A stretch of DNA of 39,097 nucleotides from a virus. Lineage: Duplodnaviria > Caudoviricetes. The notes beneath the pieces were generated by a model, which was not told the DNA's origin, did no database searches, and was given only the letters and a program-made list of their open reading frames with translations. The DNA is taken from positions 1 through 39,097 of IMG/VR virus record IMGVR_UViG_3300017761_005120; one strand, 5' to 3'. Each line of letters begins with the position of its first letter. Positions within the stretch are counted from its first letter, which is position 1. The translations under genes and the position numbers were made by a program. Shown here one piece after another: positions 9,664 to 19,555 of this stretch.

Positions 9664-10196
9664 AATTTCAACAATTATACGATTTTATTTCAGAAGGAAG
9701 TGCTGATAGGTCTTACTCATGTCTTATGCTTGATTTGAGTTTTTTAGCCTCTGACATGCTTAAACTTCAAGAAGAAATATGTCCTTGTGAAGTTTATGAT
9801 TTGGAACCTGGACATGGACTAGAAACAGAACCACATGTAACAATTCTGTACGGATTACATACACAACAGCTTAAATCTATACAAAATAAAATAAATTTCA
9901 AACCAGTAAAATTTAAGATAAAAGACATATCATTATTTGAAAATGATACTTATGATGTTCTTAAACTAGGAATAGAATCCAAAGATTTGAATGAATTGAA
10001 CAGAGAGGTTTGTTCTAAATTTGAGTTTACCAACAAATATCCAGATTACAAACCACACTGCACAATAGCATATCTAATGCCAGGAGCAGGACGCAATTAT
10101 TTGAAAATGAAAAATGAACTTGTTGGAAAGGAATTTACATCAAATAGATTCGTATTTTCCAACAAGTTCAGTGATAAGGTTTATTTTAGAGTCTAA
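9660..10196 (+). CDS. 2H phosphoesterase, T4 gp57B/Acb1-like
   Basis: PHVTILYG and YPDYKPHCTIAY (two HxT motifs). Confidence 0.85.
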   Translation: MKFQQLYDFISEGSADRSYSCLMLDLSFLASDMLKLQEEICPCEVYDLEPGHGLETEPHVTILYGLHTQQLKSIQNKINFKPVKFKIKDISLFENDTYDVLKLGIESKDLNELNREVCSKFEFTNKYPDYKPHCTIAYLMPGAGRNYLKMKNELVGKEFTSNRFVFSNKFSDKVYFRV

Positions 10197-10654
10197 CTAA
10201 TCCACAAGTGCCTGTTAAAGGTTTTTGGCATTGGCCAAATGTATGGAACTTCTCCAGCTTTAGTGTTACAGATGGTTATGTGTGGTTCAGAATAGTCAAT
10301 AATACCCAAGTGTTTCTTGATATCATCGTATTCTTGACATCTTATTATCATGTACCAGTTTCTAAAACCTCTAGAGACTCCACCACCCTCAATAATATCA
10401 GGGTTGTATTCAAATTTTATAGACTTGTTTTCAAAGTATTTTTTGATGAAAATTACTTTGTTCTTATCTATATCACAGTGAAATCCTCTCATCCAAATTG
10501 TGATGTGAGCACCATGAGCAGGTAGCCATGTGAAAAGTTTCACATGTTTATCAACCAAGCTTCTGTAGTATAGAACGAAGTCTGGGGAAACTGCTATTCT
10601 TATACCAGTTTTCCCAACCTCTAGTTTTCCATATGATGTGAGCCACCTATTCAT
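10193..10654 (-). CDS. Second 2H phosphoesterase-like protein
   Basis: AHITI and PHITI motifs; TTGACT-N17-TATATT promoter on the minus strand. Confidence 0.65.
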   Translation of the reverse strand: MNRWLTSYGKLEVGKTGIRIAVSPDFVLYYRSLVDKHVKLFTWLPAHGAHITIWMRGFHCDIDKNKVIFIKKYFENKSIKFEYNPDIIEGGGVSRGFRNWYMIIRCQEYDDIKKHLGIIDYSEPHITICNTKAGEVPYIWPMPKTFNRHLWIS

Positions 10655-10735
10655 TATAGAATATAGTTCAAGGTTAAAAAAGAGTCAAATTGATTTACAG
10701 TGGTATTTTCGAATAAATTTAGCTAAATAGTTACT

Positions 10736-11098
10736 ATGACAGAAAACTTTGATCAATTTTTCAACCACATTATTAGAAATATAAAAGAAGAAACCCCTTC
10801 TCTAAGTGAGGAGGGATATTCTGTGAATGATATGGAGGTTGAAAGAATAGCACTCTCTGTTGCTCCTAGGGAACATATCAGTGTGGATAGGATGAAAGGA
10901 TTAACAGCAGCAATCAAAGTATCTAAGAAATATGCATTTTCAGTCATGTCAGCTATAAAAGATAGAGAATTTTCTGTAATTTTTAACGACTCTGGGGATG
11001 ATTATGTACACGTTTTAGTTATGTCCAAGTCACCAACAATTAGAAATGAATTCTTTAAAAATAATGCAAAGTATTTGCATGGTTTTGTACATTTTTAA
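10736..11098 (+). CDS. Hypothetical late protein with capsid-targeting-like N-terminus
   Basis: TAAATA at 10724; MTENFDQFFNHIIRNIKEE. Confidence 0.7.
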   Translation: MTENFDQFFNHIIRNIKEETPSLSEEGYSVNDMEVERIALSVAPREHISVDRMKGLTAAIKVSKKYAFSVMSAIKDREFSVIFNDSGDDYVHVLVMSKSPTIRNEFFKNNAKYLHGFVHF

Positions 11099-11099
11099 A

Positions 11100-11912
11100 T
11101 TATATATGATCATCCCCATGATGATCATATATCTTTATCTTCTTTTTGCTCATAATACTCTCAACTTCTTCCACTGTGAAAAAAGCCTTTCCATTGTATT
11201 TTAAGGCATTGTCCACACCAACATCCAATATTTTACCATCATCCAAGTGATTTGGTGTGGCTATCTTTAGGTTTCCATGAGAGTGACCACAAACAGCAAC
11301 ATAGTTGTCATACTTCATTTTATCCCATATCATTGGGGCCATGTGTCTACAAAAGAAGTGGGTATTTCCTATTTGAAAATATCCTTCTTCACCAAAGTAA
11401 TAGATGTAGCTATCCACATTTGATCTTACCAAGGGTCTGTTATATCCTGGATGACCCTCACCAGAAGTTTTCTCTACGCAAAATGGAAATATTTGAAATT
11501 TAGAGTATGAAATGAAATTCGCTGCTCTTAAACTAGCATGATCCCTAGCAATACCATTTTTTATCATGCTGGTATTGTGGAAAGTTTCCATGAATTTTGT
11601 CAGGGAATTCCTATAAAATCTAGAATGATAACCCTCATGGTTCCCAAATATGTATATGATATCAGCTTTGGTGCTAGTGAGTAGTTTGTGAGTTTGCTCA
11701 TCTGTAGTGTTTAAACTATAGTCACCTAAAAATATTAATAAATCATCTTTTTGAAGTTTTTCACATTCACTCTTTATAAAAGAGTCATGTTCTTGATAAG
11801 ATTTAAACCCTCTTGGTTTCCACAAGAAGTCTCTCTGGTGGTTGTAGTGAAAGTCTGAACCCAAGTATATTTGGTTGTAGTCTGCTTTGTGTAATCTTAA
11901 AGGATTGTTCAT
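11100..11912 (-). CDS. Calcineurin-like metallophosphoesterase
   Basis: SDFH, LGD, GNHE, CGHSH, DVGVD. Confidence 0.85.
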   Translation of the reverse strand: MNNPLRLHKADYNQIYLGSDFHYNHQRDFLWKPRGFKSYQEHDSFIKSECEKLQKDDLLIFLGDYSLNTTDEQTHKLLTSTKADIIYIFGNHEGYHSRFYRNSLTKFMETFHNTSMIKNGIARDHASLRAANFISYSKFQIFPFCVEKTSGEGHPGYNRPLVRSNVDSYIYYFGEEGYFQIGNTHFFCRHMAPMIWDKMKYDNYVAVCGHSHGNLKIATPNHLDDGKILDVGVDNALKYNGKAFFTVEEVESIMSKKKIKIYDHHGDDHI

Positions 11913-11949
11913 ATCATAGGATACAGCATAAGAAAACCAGTTTCAAGTG

Positions 11950-11978
11950 TTGACTGTGATATTTTTATAGTGTAAGTT
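11950..11978 (+). promoter_or_regulatory. Sigma70-like promoter, back-to-back with a minus-strand promoter
   Basis: TTGACT-N17-TAAGTT; minus strand TTGAAA-N17-TATCCT. Confidence 0.55.
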
Positions 11979-11984
11979 CATGCT

Positions 11985-12299
11985 ATGAATGGTCAAGCTG
12001 GAAAAGGAGATAAGATGAGAAAAGGTGCCAACCACAGGGCATATTGGAATAATTTTCCTTTAGAGGAAAAGAATACGGTGTCTTATTGGGGAAACAAACT
12101 GGGCTATGATGTATCACTCTACAAACTTTTAAAGGAAATTAAAGCTGGAGAGAGAATAACAGAGTCTGAGTTTATCAGAAGAGTGGAAAACTCCAAAGTT
12201 CAAGACCAACCAGCAACTCAGCAAGAAATTGATGAGTTTAATGACTGCATGAACAGTATATCCTACAGCGAATTGGCAAAAATATTCAACAGAAAGTAA
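11985..12299 (+). CDS. Hypothetical protein
   Basis: 104 aa ORF directly after a promoter. Confidence 0.7.
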   Translation: MNGQAGKGDKMRKGANHRAYWNNFPLEEKNTVSYWGNKLGYDVSLYKLLKEIKAGERITESEFIRRVENSKVQDQPATQQEIDEFNDCMNSISYSELAKIFNRK

Positions 12300-12306
12300 T
12301 GGACGT

Positions 12307-12753
12307 ATGAATTCCTGCATGTATACTAAATATATTATGATAGCATCTATGTTTTCTGGTAGTAACTTGACAAAGGGATACACTCCAAAGGCTGAAACTG
12401 AAAATGCAGAATTGATTAGAAGATATCTATTCAATATAGTTGTTAATTTTGTTGAGGATGAGAATGCTTTGCAAGAGGTGTTGTGGGATTGTGATAATGA
12501 TCACATAGCTGTTAAAATGAAATTGATATCCATCTATGATTGGATAACCAAAGAAAGACCTCTCTTAGTGAGTAAAATAGAACAGTTGAGGGATTCTTTC
12601 CCAGAAATTGAAAATGATGACAATTCTTTGTTGAAGTCTGCAAATGATAGTCATATTGAAGATATTCTCTCATCAGAAAAGATGCTGAGAACAAAAGATC
12701 AAACAGTTTTAAAGGATATCATAGACCTTAGAGACTATCTTACAATAGTATGA
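12307..12753 (+). CDS. Hypothetical protein
   Basis: 148 aa ORF in a tightly packed operon. Confidence 0.7.
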   Translation: MNSCMYTKYIMIASMFSGSNLTKGYTPKAETENAELIRRYLFNIVVNFVEDENALQEVLWDCDNDHIAVKMKLISIYDWITKERPLLVSKIEQLRDSFPEIENDDNSLLKSANDSHIEDILSSEKMLRTKDQTVLKDIIDLRDYLTIV

Positions 12754-13010
12754 AATATTTAGATGTATTTAAAAAAATGATGTTGCCTAATAAGGCTATA
12801 GACCAATTCCTAATAGAATTACACCACTTGTGCAAGAAGCACAAAATAACAATTTCTTCCACCAAAGGAACACTAGCAGTGGAAAAATATGATAAAGGCA
12901 CTGCTCAAGCTATGCTTTCTGGAGTTGTTAATAAGATGACTTTTAAAGAAAAGGTTAAAAATAGAAGAGAAGAAGTTGAACCAGACAAGAAAACTCCTCT
13001 TGACTCTTAA
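12750..13010 (+). CDS. Hypothetical protein
   Basis: ATGA overlap with the upstream gene. Confidence 0.7.
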   Translation: MKYLDVFKKMMLPNKAIDQFLIELHHLCKKHKITISSTKGTLAVEKYDKGTAQAMLSGVVNKMTFKEKVKNRREEVEPDKKTPLDS

Positions 13011-13028
13011 ACAAGAGTGTGTTAATAT
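13000..13028 (+). promoter_or_regulatory. Sigma70-like promoter
   Basis: TTGACT-N17-TAATAT. Confidence 0.55.
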
Positions 13029-13034
13029 AACAAT

Positions 13035-13823
13035 ATGACAAATTATACAGATTTAAACATAATTTTAGACAGAAGTGGCAGTATGCAATCCATAGCAAAG
13101 GATATGGTTGGAGGATTAACAAGCTTTCTTGAAAAAGAGAAAGAGAGTGGTGATGATACAAGAGTATCCTTGTTCAGATTTGATGGGCAGTATGAAAAGG
13201 TTTTTTCAGATGTGAACATCAAAGATGATCCTAAAATTGAACTCAAACCAGGAGGATCAACAGCACTTATGGATGCTATTGGTAAAACTATTCAACATGT
13301 TGAGGAAAAATTGAGTGGTTTATTAGAGGAAGAAAAGCCAAACAGAATTCTTTTCCTTATAATCACTGATGGAGAGGAAAATTCTAGTGTTATGTATAAT
13401 GCAACTCAAATTAAAACCATGCTGAGTGACAAGAGAGAAAAGTTGGCATGGGATTTTGTTTTCATGGGAGTTGATGAGGGTGCTGTTATGGAACAGAGAA
13501 AGCACATAGGTGTTTATAAGACATCATCACTAGGATTTGAAAAATCTTCAAGAGGAATAGCAACAGCATTTGCTCAAGTATCAGACTCCTATTCAAACTA
13601 TAAGAAGTTGGATAGAAGTGATGTATCCACTTACTGCTGTAGTTTTGAGGTACCGCAGAATGAAGCTGTTACAACAGCTTCTGTTGGTGCATCAGAGGCT
13701 ATCAACACAAACAACTCTGTAACATCCCTTTCAGATGAGGATAAGGCGAAATATAAGAACTTCATGGATTCTGTTAAGAATGCCTCTCTTGATGCAAGTA
13801 AAAAAGCTACATCTTCCATATGA
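13035..13823 (+). CDS. vWA domain protein
   Basis: ILDRSGSM, TALMDAIG, ITDGEENSS. Confidence 0.85.
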   Translation: MTNYTDLNIILDRSGSMQSIAKDMVGGLTSFLEKEKESGDDTRVSLFRFDGQYEKVFSDVNIKDDPKIELKPGGSTALMDAIGKTIQHVEEKLSGLLEEEKPNRILFLIITDGEENSSVMYNATQIKTMLSDKREKLAWDFVFMGVDEGAVMEQRKHIGVYKTSSLGFEKSSRGIATAFAQVSDSYSNYKKLDRSDVSTYCCSFEVPQNEAVTTASVGASEAINTNNSVTSLSDEDKAKYKNFMDSVKNASLDASKKATSSI

Positions 13824-14506
13824 GAATAGCTGTTGTTGGTGCACAGAATGTAGGTAAGACAACTCTTGTAAAGGCATTTAGAGAGAAATGGCCAGATTAC
13901 AGTCTTCCTGAAAAAACATATAGAGAGTTGATAAAAGATAAATCTCTTACAATTAATGAGACTGGAACACTAGAATCTCAACAAATTATAAGAGATTCCT
14001 TGGCTGACTTGGCACTTGAAAATGCTGGTAAGTCTAAAACAATACATGATAGGTGTATATTGGACAACTTAGTTTACACTTTCTGGCTTGCAGACTATAA
14101 GAAGCTTAAAGGTGCAGAAAAGGACATAAATGAGTTTATATCCACATCAATATATCTAACCAAAGAGAGTCTTAAATTTTATGATATAATTTTCTGGCTT
14201 CCCTTAAATCCAAACATTCTTCTTGAAAAAGATGAAAATCGTTCAGAGAATAAATCTTATAGAGAGGAAATAGATAATATTTTCCATGCAGTTTACGAGA
14301 CTTATAAAAAGAACAGTGGTGTTATTTTTGATAAAGAAAATCAACCAGCATTCATAGTTTTGGAAGGAGAATTGCAAGACAAGATGAACATTATAGGGCA
14401 GTATATCAGTGATTCTGGTGAACTTGTGGAAACAACAGAGTCTGTTCTAGGTGGTTTAGAATCTATATATGATGAGGCTGCACTAAGACAGCAAATCAAA
14501 AGATGA
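13820..14506 (+). CDS. P-loop kinase (NadR/AAA_28, dNMP-kinase-like)
   Basis: GAQNVGKTT and IHDRCILD. Confidence 0.8.
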   Translation: MRIAVVGAQNVGKTTLVKAFREKWPDYSLPEKTYRELIKDKSLTINETGTLESQQIIRDSLADLALENAGKSKTIHDRCILDNLVYTFWLADYKKLKGAEKDINEFISTSIYLTKESLKFYDIIFWLPLNPNILLEKDENRSENKSYREEIDNIFHAVYETYKKNSGVIFDKENQPAFIVLEGELQDKMNIIGQYISDSGELVETTESVLGGLESIYDEAALRQQIKR

Positions 14507-14571
14507 CATTGTTTGTAGTTTTTTCAAATTTTAGCTAGAACTTGCATGGTAAAAAGATAAATATTTTTACC

Positions 14572-14748
14572 ATGGAATTTATAAATGAAAATACAATAAA
14601 ATTGTGTAGGCAAGGAAGTTGCTGCCCAACAGTGGAAAAGACAAGAGAAAATGAGTTCATTGTAAAAGATGACTATGATGGTAGTGTCAAACTCACTAGC
14701 GAAGAAATAGATGACCTCTACGAGGCTTATCTAAAGCTCAAAGCATAA
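14572..14748 (+). CDS. Small Cys-containing late protein
   Basis: TAAATA at 14558 then ATG; LCRQGSCCP. Confidence 0.6.
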   Translation: MEFINENTIKLCRQGSCCPTVEKTRENEFIVKDDYDGSVKLTSEEIDDLYEAYLKLKA

Positions 14749-14749
14749 A

Positions 14750-14783
14750 AAAATAAAGCCCACTGAAAAGTGGGTTTTATTTT
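14750..14783. terminator. Bidirectional intrinsic terminator
   Basis: AAAATAAAGCCCACT-GAAA-AGTGGGTTTTATTTT between convergent genes. Confidence 0.85.
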
Positions 14784-15517
14784 TATAAGGTAATCAGTTT
14801 TTTGTAGTCACTGTATCTCTTTGATACAAATTTCACAAATTCACTTCTCATAACAAATTCAGGATCACGCATTTCAAAATAGTGAATGCCATGACCTTTA
14901 CTATCATCATCAGTAAAAAGATTAACTATCTTACTAAATTCATTTTGTAAATTTTTAGGAAGATCACACTGGTCAGAGTCTGCAATAAGAAACATTTTGG
15001 AACTCTCTTCTAGTCTAGTCATAATAGTTATCAATTCGTTCATAACACAGTTTTGTCCCTCATCAACAATAATAATGCTGTCTTGAAAGCTTCTGCCTCT
15101 TAGATAGGATATTGGAGTAACTTCTATGATTTTAGCCTTGATGAAAGCCTCCACCTCATCTGGATTTAACAGCTTGTGAAGGGCATCTAAGAGAGGCAAG
15201 CCGTATACTGCTATCTTTTCCTCCCAAGAGCCTGGAAGGGCTTGTAGCTTGTTATTAGAGGACTCTACAGCACTTCTAACATAGTATATCTTTTTGAATG
15301 ATCCAGACTGTAATAATTTTAAAGCAGCAAAGGTTGACATAATTGTTTTTCCTGTTCCTGCTAGACTGTCCACTATAACGCATTTACTCTTATTATGCAT
15401 CATTACGTCTAAAATCTCAACTTGTTTACTGTTCCAAGTGAATGGTTCTGATATTAAGAAGGAACCTTTTAAACGATCCCTAACTTCCTTTATTTTCTTA
15501 GCACGGTTGATTGCCAT
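14783..15517 (-). CDS. phoH: PhoH-family ATPase
   Basis: AGTGKT, LPG, YLRGRSF, IVDEGQN, TRL, DQCDL; TATAAATA at 15527-15534 (minus strand). Confidence 0.9.
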   Translation of the reverse strand: MAINRAKKIKEVRDRLKGSFLISEPFTWNSKQVEILDVMMHNKSKCVIVDSLAGTGKTIMSTFAALKLLQSGSFKKIYYVRSAVESSNNKLQALPGSWEEKIAVYGLPLLDALHKLLNPDEVEAFIKAKIIEVTPISYLRGRSFQDSIIIVDEGQNCVMNELITIMTRLEESSKMFLIADSDQCDLPKNLQNEFSKIVNLFTDDDSKGHGIHYFEMRDPEFVMRSEFVKFVSKRYSDYKKLITL

Positions 15518-15543
15518 GGATAACTATATTTATAGTTTATATG

Positions 15544-16029
15544 TTATGTTGATAGAATAGAGTCTATATTATCTTCGTTTATTATTACAAATATGTAGTT
15601 CTTTTTCTTACAATATGCTGTTGCAGCCTCCCATTTTGCCTGATTAACAGCCCACATCACATTTTCATATAAGAGTGTGCTGGTTTTTTTATTTCCATGA
15701 GTGGTAGGTTTCTCACACTGTCTTTTTGGTTTGACTTCTACCACAAGTTCCTTTATCTGTTCTCCTATTTTTAGTTTTATGTAAAAATCTGCATAGTATC
15801 TGGCATACTCAGGTGAACCCCTTTCAGCAGATTTGATAGGATGTATGTAAGGAATAATAATCTGTTCACTACTCCATTGAAGCACATTAGGATTTTTGTC
15901 CAAAACAGTCATCACCTTCATTTCTAATCCAGACCTATATTCTGGATTAGTTTTATTCAAACACTTTTCTCTGTTAGAGGGTTTAAATTGACCCTGTTTG
16001 AATTCTCTAAAAGTGCGTTTTTTAGGCAT
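15544..16029 (-). CDS. T4 gp4-like head completion nuclease (TnsA N-terminal-like)
   Basis: QGQFKP, YRSGLE, WSSE..IPY, YYADF, VEVKP, NQAKW. Confidence 0.85.
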   Translation of the reverse strand: MPKKRTFREFKQGQFKPSNREKCLNKTNPEYRSGLEMKVMTVLDKNPNVLQWSSEQIIIPYIHPIKSAERGSPEYARYYADFYIKLKIGEQIKELVVEVKPKRQCEKPTTHGNKKTSTLLYENVMWAVNQAKWEAATAYCKKKNYIFVIINEDNIDSILST

Positions 16030-16256
16030 TACGATTTCAAAGAAGTTAATTCAACTTTTTGAGACTGTATTTCTATTTTTTGTGCATCTACTTTGGTTTG
16101 TAAATCATTTATTTTACCAGACTGGTAGAAATGAGTAATAATACCACCTATAGTTGTATAAAAAACCTCTGATGAAACTAGTCCCTGAAAAAATCCTACT
16201 ATAATAGAACCTACAGACAGTATAACCAATGCATTTTTTACATTTTCAGAAGACAT
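16029..16256 (-). CDS. Small membrane protein with C-terminal coiled coil
   Basis: Two hydrophobic segments; start moved to MSSENV. Confidence 0.6.
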   Translation of the reverse strand: MSSENVKNALVILSVGSIIVGFFQGLVSSEVFYTTIGGIITHFYQSGKINDLQTKVDAQKIEIQSQKVELTSLKS

Positions 16257-16260
16257 ACTA

Positions 16261-16587
16261 TTAATATTTTTCAAGCATCTTGGCCAAATCCAACAAGTCA
16301 TTTTTTAACTCATCCTCATTTTCCTCTGATTGAGATTGCACAACTGGTGGAACGAAACCAATATAGTTACCATACTTGGCAAACATTCCAATAATTTTTT
16401 CAATAACTGATATAACAATAGGAAGATACTGTTCTAAAACCTTTCCTAATTTTGTTTCATTTGTTTTTGACTCTAGTAGTTTTAAAATTTCCAAAACTTT
16501 GGTGAGTGTTATATACAATACACTAGTTGCCTCAAGAATTTTTTTTGAGTTTCTTATTAAGGTATACAGAAGAGTAATAGAATTCAT
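16261..16587 (-). CDS. Hypothetical late protein
   Basis: TAAATA 5 nt upstream on the minus strand. Confidence 0.7.
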   Translation of the reverse strand: MNSITLLYTLIRNSKKILEATSVLYITLTKVLEILKLLESKTNETKLGKVLEQYLPIVISVIEKIIGMFAKYGNYIGFVPPVVQSQSEENEDELKNDLLDLAKMLEKY

Positions 16588-16625
16588 AACTATATTTATC
16601 TAAATTTTCACAACTATCAACAGTG

Positions 16626-17009
16626 TTATACAGAATTAATTACAAATAAAGAATTACACTCTGATATGCAAGGAGGTTCAAAAATTTTATCAGTGTCTTT
16701 GTATTGACTTTCTTTAACTCTGTCTATGAAAAATATAACATCAGGTTTTAATATCTCTCTCATTTCTACTAGTGGACATATCATATCAACTATAACTGTA
16801 GACTTAAGAGACTTCTCTGCCAAGTCTCTCATTCTTTGAACTTGTCTAAGTCTTCCCTCTCTAGAAAAATCCCAGTCATTATAGGATTTTCTAATAACAT
16901 CTGCATTAAAATAATCCACACTATCAGAAGGAAACAGTTCTAAAAGACTTGAGCAGAAATAAGTTTTTCCAGAACCTGATAAACCCATAACTAATATAAT
17001 CTTTTTCAT
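16626..17009 (-). CDS. Short adenylyl-sulfate (APS) kinase-like P-loop protein
   Basis: MGLSGSGKT, NADVIR, DFSREGR, ICP, FEPP. Confidence 0.75.
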   Translation of the reverse strand: MKKIILVMGLSGSGKTYFCSSLLELFPSDSVDYFNADVIRKSYNDWDFSREGRLRQVQRMRDLAEKSLKSTVIVDMICPLVEMREILKPDVIFFIDRVKESQYKDTDKIFEPPCISECNSLFVINSV

Positions 17010-17014
17010 ATTTG

Positions 17015-17044
17015 TATTTACAACAGTGTTTATTGTTGTAAATA
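17015..17044. promoter_or_regulatory. Divergent pair of late promoters forming an 11-bp inverted repeat
   Basis: TATTTACAACA-N8-TGTTGTAAATA; each arm holds TAAATA 5-7 nt from an ATG. Confidence 0.6.
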
Positions 17045-17051
17045 TTTTTAT

Positions 17052-17936
17052 ATGAGTAGTATTAAAAATCTAGTAAGATTTTCAGGAGGTTTAGGAGATG
17101 TGATAATATCATCTATAAAAGATAACAGATGGAATAATATTATTGAATATTCTAAAAATAATAAAATAGTAATAGCATTATATACACATAATAAAAATAT
17201 CCCATCATTATTTCTAAATACTCCCTTTTCTAAAAATATTTTTATATATGATTATTTAAGTGAGGGTAATAAATGGAATGATGTTTTTTCTTTATATGAT
17301 GAAAAAAGAATATTAGCTATGACAGAATATGAGAATATTTTTTTAAAAAGAAATAAGATAAATTGTGATATAGATAGAAGTTTTGATATATTTAAATCTG
17401 AACAAGAAAAAATGAAACATTTTTTAACTCTTGAAGATCAGTATTATATAAATTATATTTTAGATTCTAACAAACCATTTCTTATTGTATCTGCATCAGC
17501 AAGCACTTCAGATAGAAATATACCAATTCATGTAATTGACGATTTTTATGAAAAATTTAAAAATGAATACAATATTGTTCAGATTGGCTATGATGGTTCT
17601 AATTATAGTGATATTAAATATCAACCAGAATATAGAATAAAAAAAGAATCTATAGATTTAGTAAACAAGATTAGTATATCAGGAAATTTATATCTTATAG
17701 ATTTATGTCAAGGAATATTAGCTTCTGATAGTTCTATGTATTGTTATGCTGCATATAACAATAAAAAAATTATAACTGGTATAAAAAATAAAAACGAGGA
17801 AAAATATGGTTTTATAGATAAGTCTAAAAGATTACATTATTTTGATGCATATAATAGAGATAGTGTAATAGTTTTTGATTTTAGAGAATATAAAAATATA
17901 ATGATGGATGATTTTGAGAAAAAATTACGAAACTAG
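17052..17936 (+). CDS. Glycosyltransferase, GT9-like
   Basis: N-terminal GGLGD; IVQIG, IDLVNK, ASDSS. Confidence 0.7.
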   Translation: MSSIKNLVRFSGGLGDVIISSIKDNRWNNIIEYSKNNKIVIALYTHNKNIPSLFLNTPFSKNIFIYDYLSEGNKWNDVFSLYDEKRILAMTEYENIFLKRNKINCDIDRSFDIFKSEQEKMKHFLTLEDQYYINYILDSNKPFLIVSASASTSDRNIPIHVIDDFYEKFKNEYNIVQIGYDGSNYSDIKYQPEYRIKKESIDLVNKISISGNLYLIDLCQGILASDSSMYCYAAYNNKKIITGIKNKNEEKYGFIDKSKRLHYFDAYNRDSVIVFDFREYKNIMMDDFEKKLRN

Positions 17937-18506
17937 ATATTTTTTATTAGAGTCGTGTATTTTTAAATATAGATTTTCATTTGGAGGCTCAAGATTAATA
18001 TCTATTTCTTTTAACCATGTAGAAAAATAATTGTTTTTAAATAGCATTAAAGTTTCAAAACTTATGAATTTTACTTTATATTTAGATATAATATTGTTTA
18101 GATATTCAATCTTTTCATTTATGTTCATAGGTAAGTGTCTGTTTTTTGATGATTTTTTTACTATATTTATATCTCTAGATAGTATAACTATAATAGGAGT
18201 ATAATTTTCACTGATACATTTTTCTATAAACATGTCTGTTTTTGGAAAATTTAAGCCGCAAGGAACACTTCTACTAGTGACAAAAGAATCTGTAGTAATA
18301 TCTGAAATTTTTTTAGATGGATTATTCCATACTTTATCAAATTTTTCTTTTTCATGATATATATATGTTCCTTCTTCATTTAAATTGGCCATGTCTGTTC
18401 CACATATATTATTGGAATTATATTTTACTGAACTGAATAAACTGCAAAATAAATGATTGCAGCTTGATTCTATACCTAATAGAACGAATGCATATTTTTT
18501 AGTCAT
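17925..18506 (-). CDS. Sulfotransferase-like P-loop protein
   Basis: LLGIESSCNH (degenerate 5'-PSB loop), IVILSRD, ISFETL. Confidence 0.5.
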   Translation of the reverse strand: MTKKYAFVLLGIESSCNHLFCSLFSSVKYNSNNICGTDMANLNEEGTYIYHEKEKFDKVWNNPSKKISDITTDSFVTSRSVPCGLNFPKTDMFIEKCISENYTPIIVILSRDINIVKKSSKNRHLPMNINEKIEYLNNIISKYKVKFISFETLMLFKNNYFSTWLKEIDINLEPPNENLYLKIHDSNKKYLVS

Positions 18507-19555
18507 AAAGTCTGTTTTATTTTATTTGTTATTACATCATATGATAGTGTTTTTTTGATATATATTGAAGCATTTTTTTGAATAATATTTAAATATGCTA
18601 TATTATCTATATAGTAATATAGATTATTTACAGCATCGTCAAGATTGGGTTCTGCCCACAGACCTTTGAAATAATTATTACTTTCATTTAAATTATAATT
18701 TATTAAAAAACTATTATCTTCTTTCATAAAATCTAAATTCCCAGAATATCCTGTTGCAACAGGAACTGTTCCAACTGCCATTGCCTCTGCAAGAGTAAGG
18801 CCAAATCCCTCACTGCGATGAAGAGAGAGTAATACATGACACTTACCAATAAGCTCTTGAACTTTTTCGGATGAGTAGTATTCATCAATAACTTTGATTT
18901 TTGAATCTCCTACAATCTGTTTTAAAAGAGTTCTTTCACTATCTGAACCAGTAAAAGTTTTAAAAATGACATTTACATCTTTGTATTTTTGTTTTATTAT
19001 TTTTGCAACTTCCAAGTTACCAACTATATTTTTACGATCTACATTACTAGATATATTTCCTATAATTAGTATTGTAAAATTTTTATACTTCTTTGGAAGT
19101 TTAGAAGGAATGGGAATAGGATGAGGAACTACTTTTATAAGATTTGAATCTATATATTGTGAAAAAATATCTTTACAGTAGTTACTAGCAGTCCATATTT
19201 CATCAAAATCCTTTAATACTTCAGAATCTTTCTTATGCAATTCAGAACTCTCCCATACAAAATATCCTATTTTTTTAACATCAAAATTTCTTGCGATACT
19301 TTTAGTATTTTGTTTTATAGCACTATAAAGACTAAAAGTGCTATGAAAATACTTTACATCATGATCTATTGGTCCACTGTATTGTGGAAATAAATCTAAT
19401 TTAAATTCATCATTTTTTGTAAACTGTTGTAAATCAAAAACATCAGGTTTACTAAATGTTTTGAAACATTCAACATAACGACGAAACACCTCTCCAAGTG
19501 ATGTCTTGTTATTGGCAAGACCTGCCATTATAATTTTTTTATTAGAATAAATCAT
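18503..19555 (-). CDS. Glycosyltransferase, GT4
   Basis: WESS, IWTASNY, RKN, HRSEGFGLTLAEAMAVG. Confidence 0.9.
   Translation of the reverse strand: MIYSNKKIIMAGLANNKTSLGEVFRRYVECFKTFSKPDVFDLQQFTKNDEFKLDLFPQYSGPIDHDVKYFHSTFSLYSAIKQNTKSIARNFDVKKIGYFVWESSELHKKDSEVLKDFDEIWTASNYCKDIFSQYIDSNLIKVVPHPIPIPSKLPKKYKNFTILIIGNISSNVDRKNIVGNLEVAKIIKQKYKDVNVIFKTFTGSDSERTLLKQIVGDSKIKVIDEYYSSEKVQELIGKCHVLLSLHRSEGFGLTLAEAMAVGTVPVATGYSGNLDFMKEDNSFLINYNLNESNNYFKGLWAEPNLDDAVNNLYYYIDNIAYLNIIQKNASIYIKKTLSYDVITNKIKQTL

Noticed and set aside
15544-16029. TnsA transposase indicating a Tn7-like element
   Set aside because: Motifs and late-gene context fit the T4 gp4 head completion protein; no tnsB or tnsC
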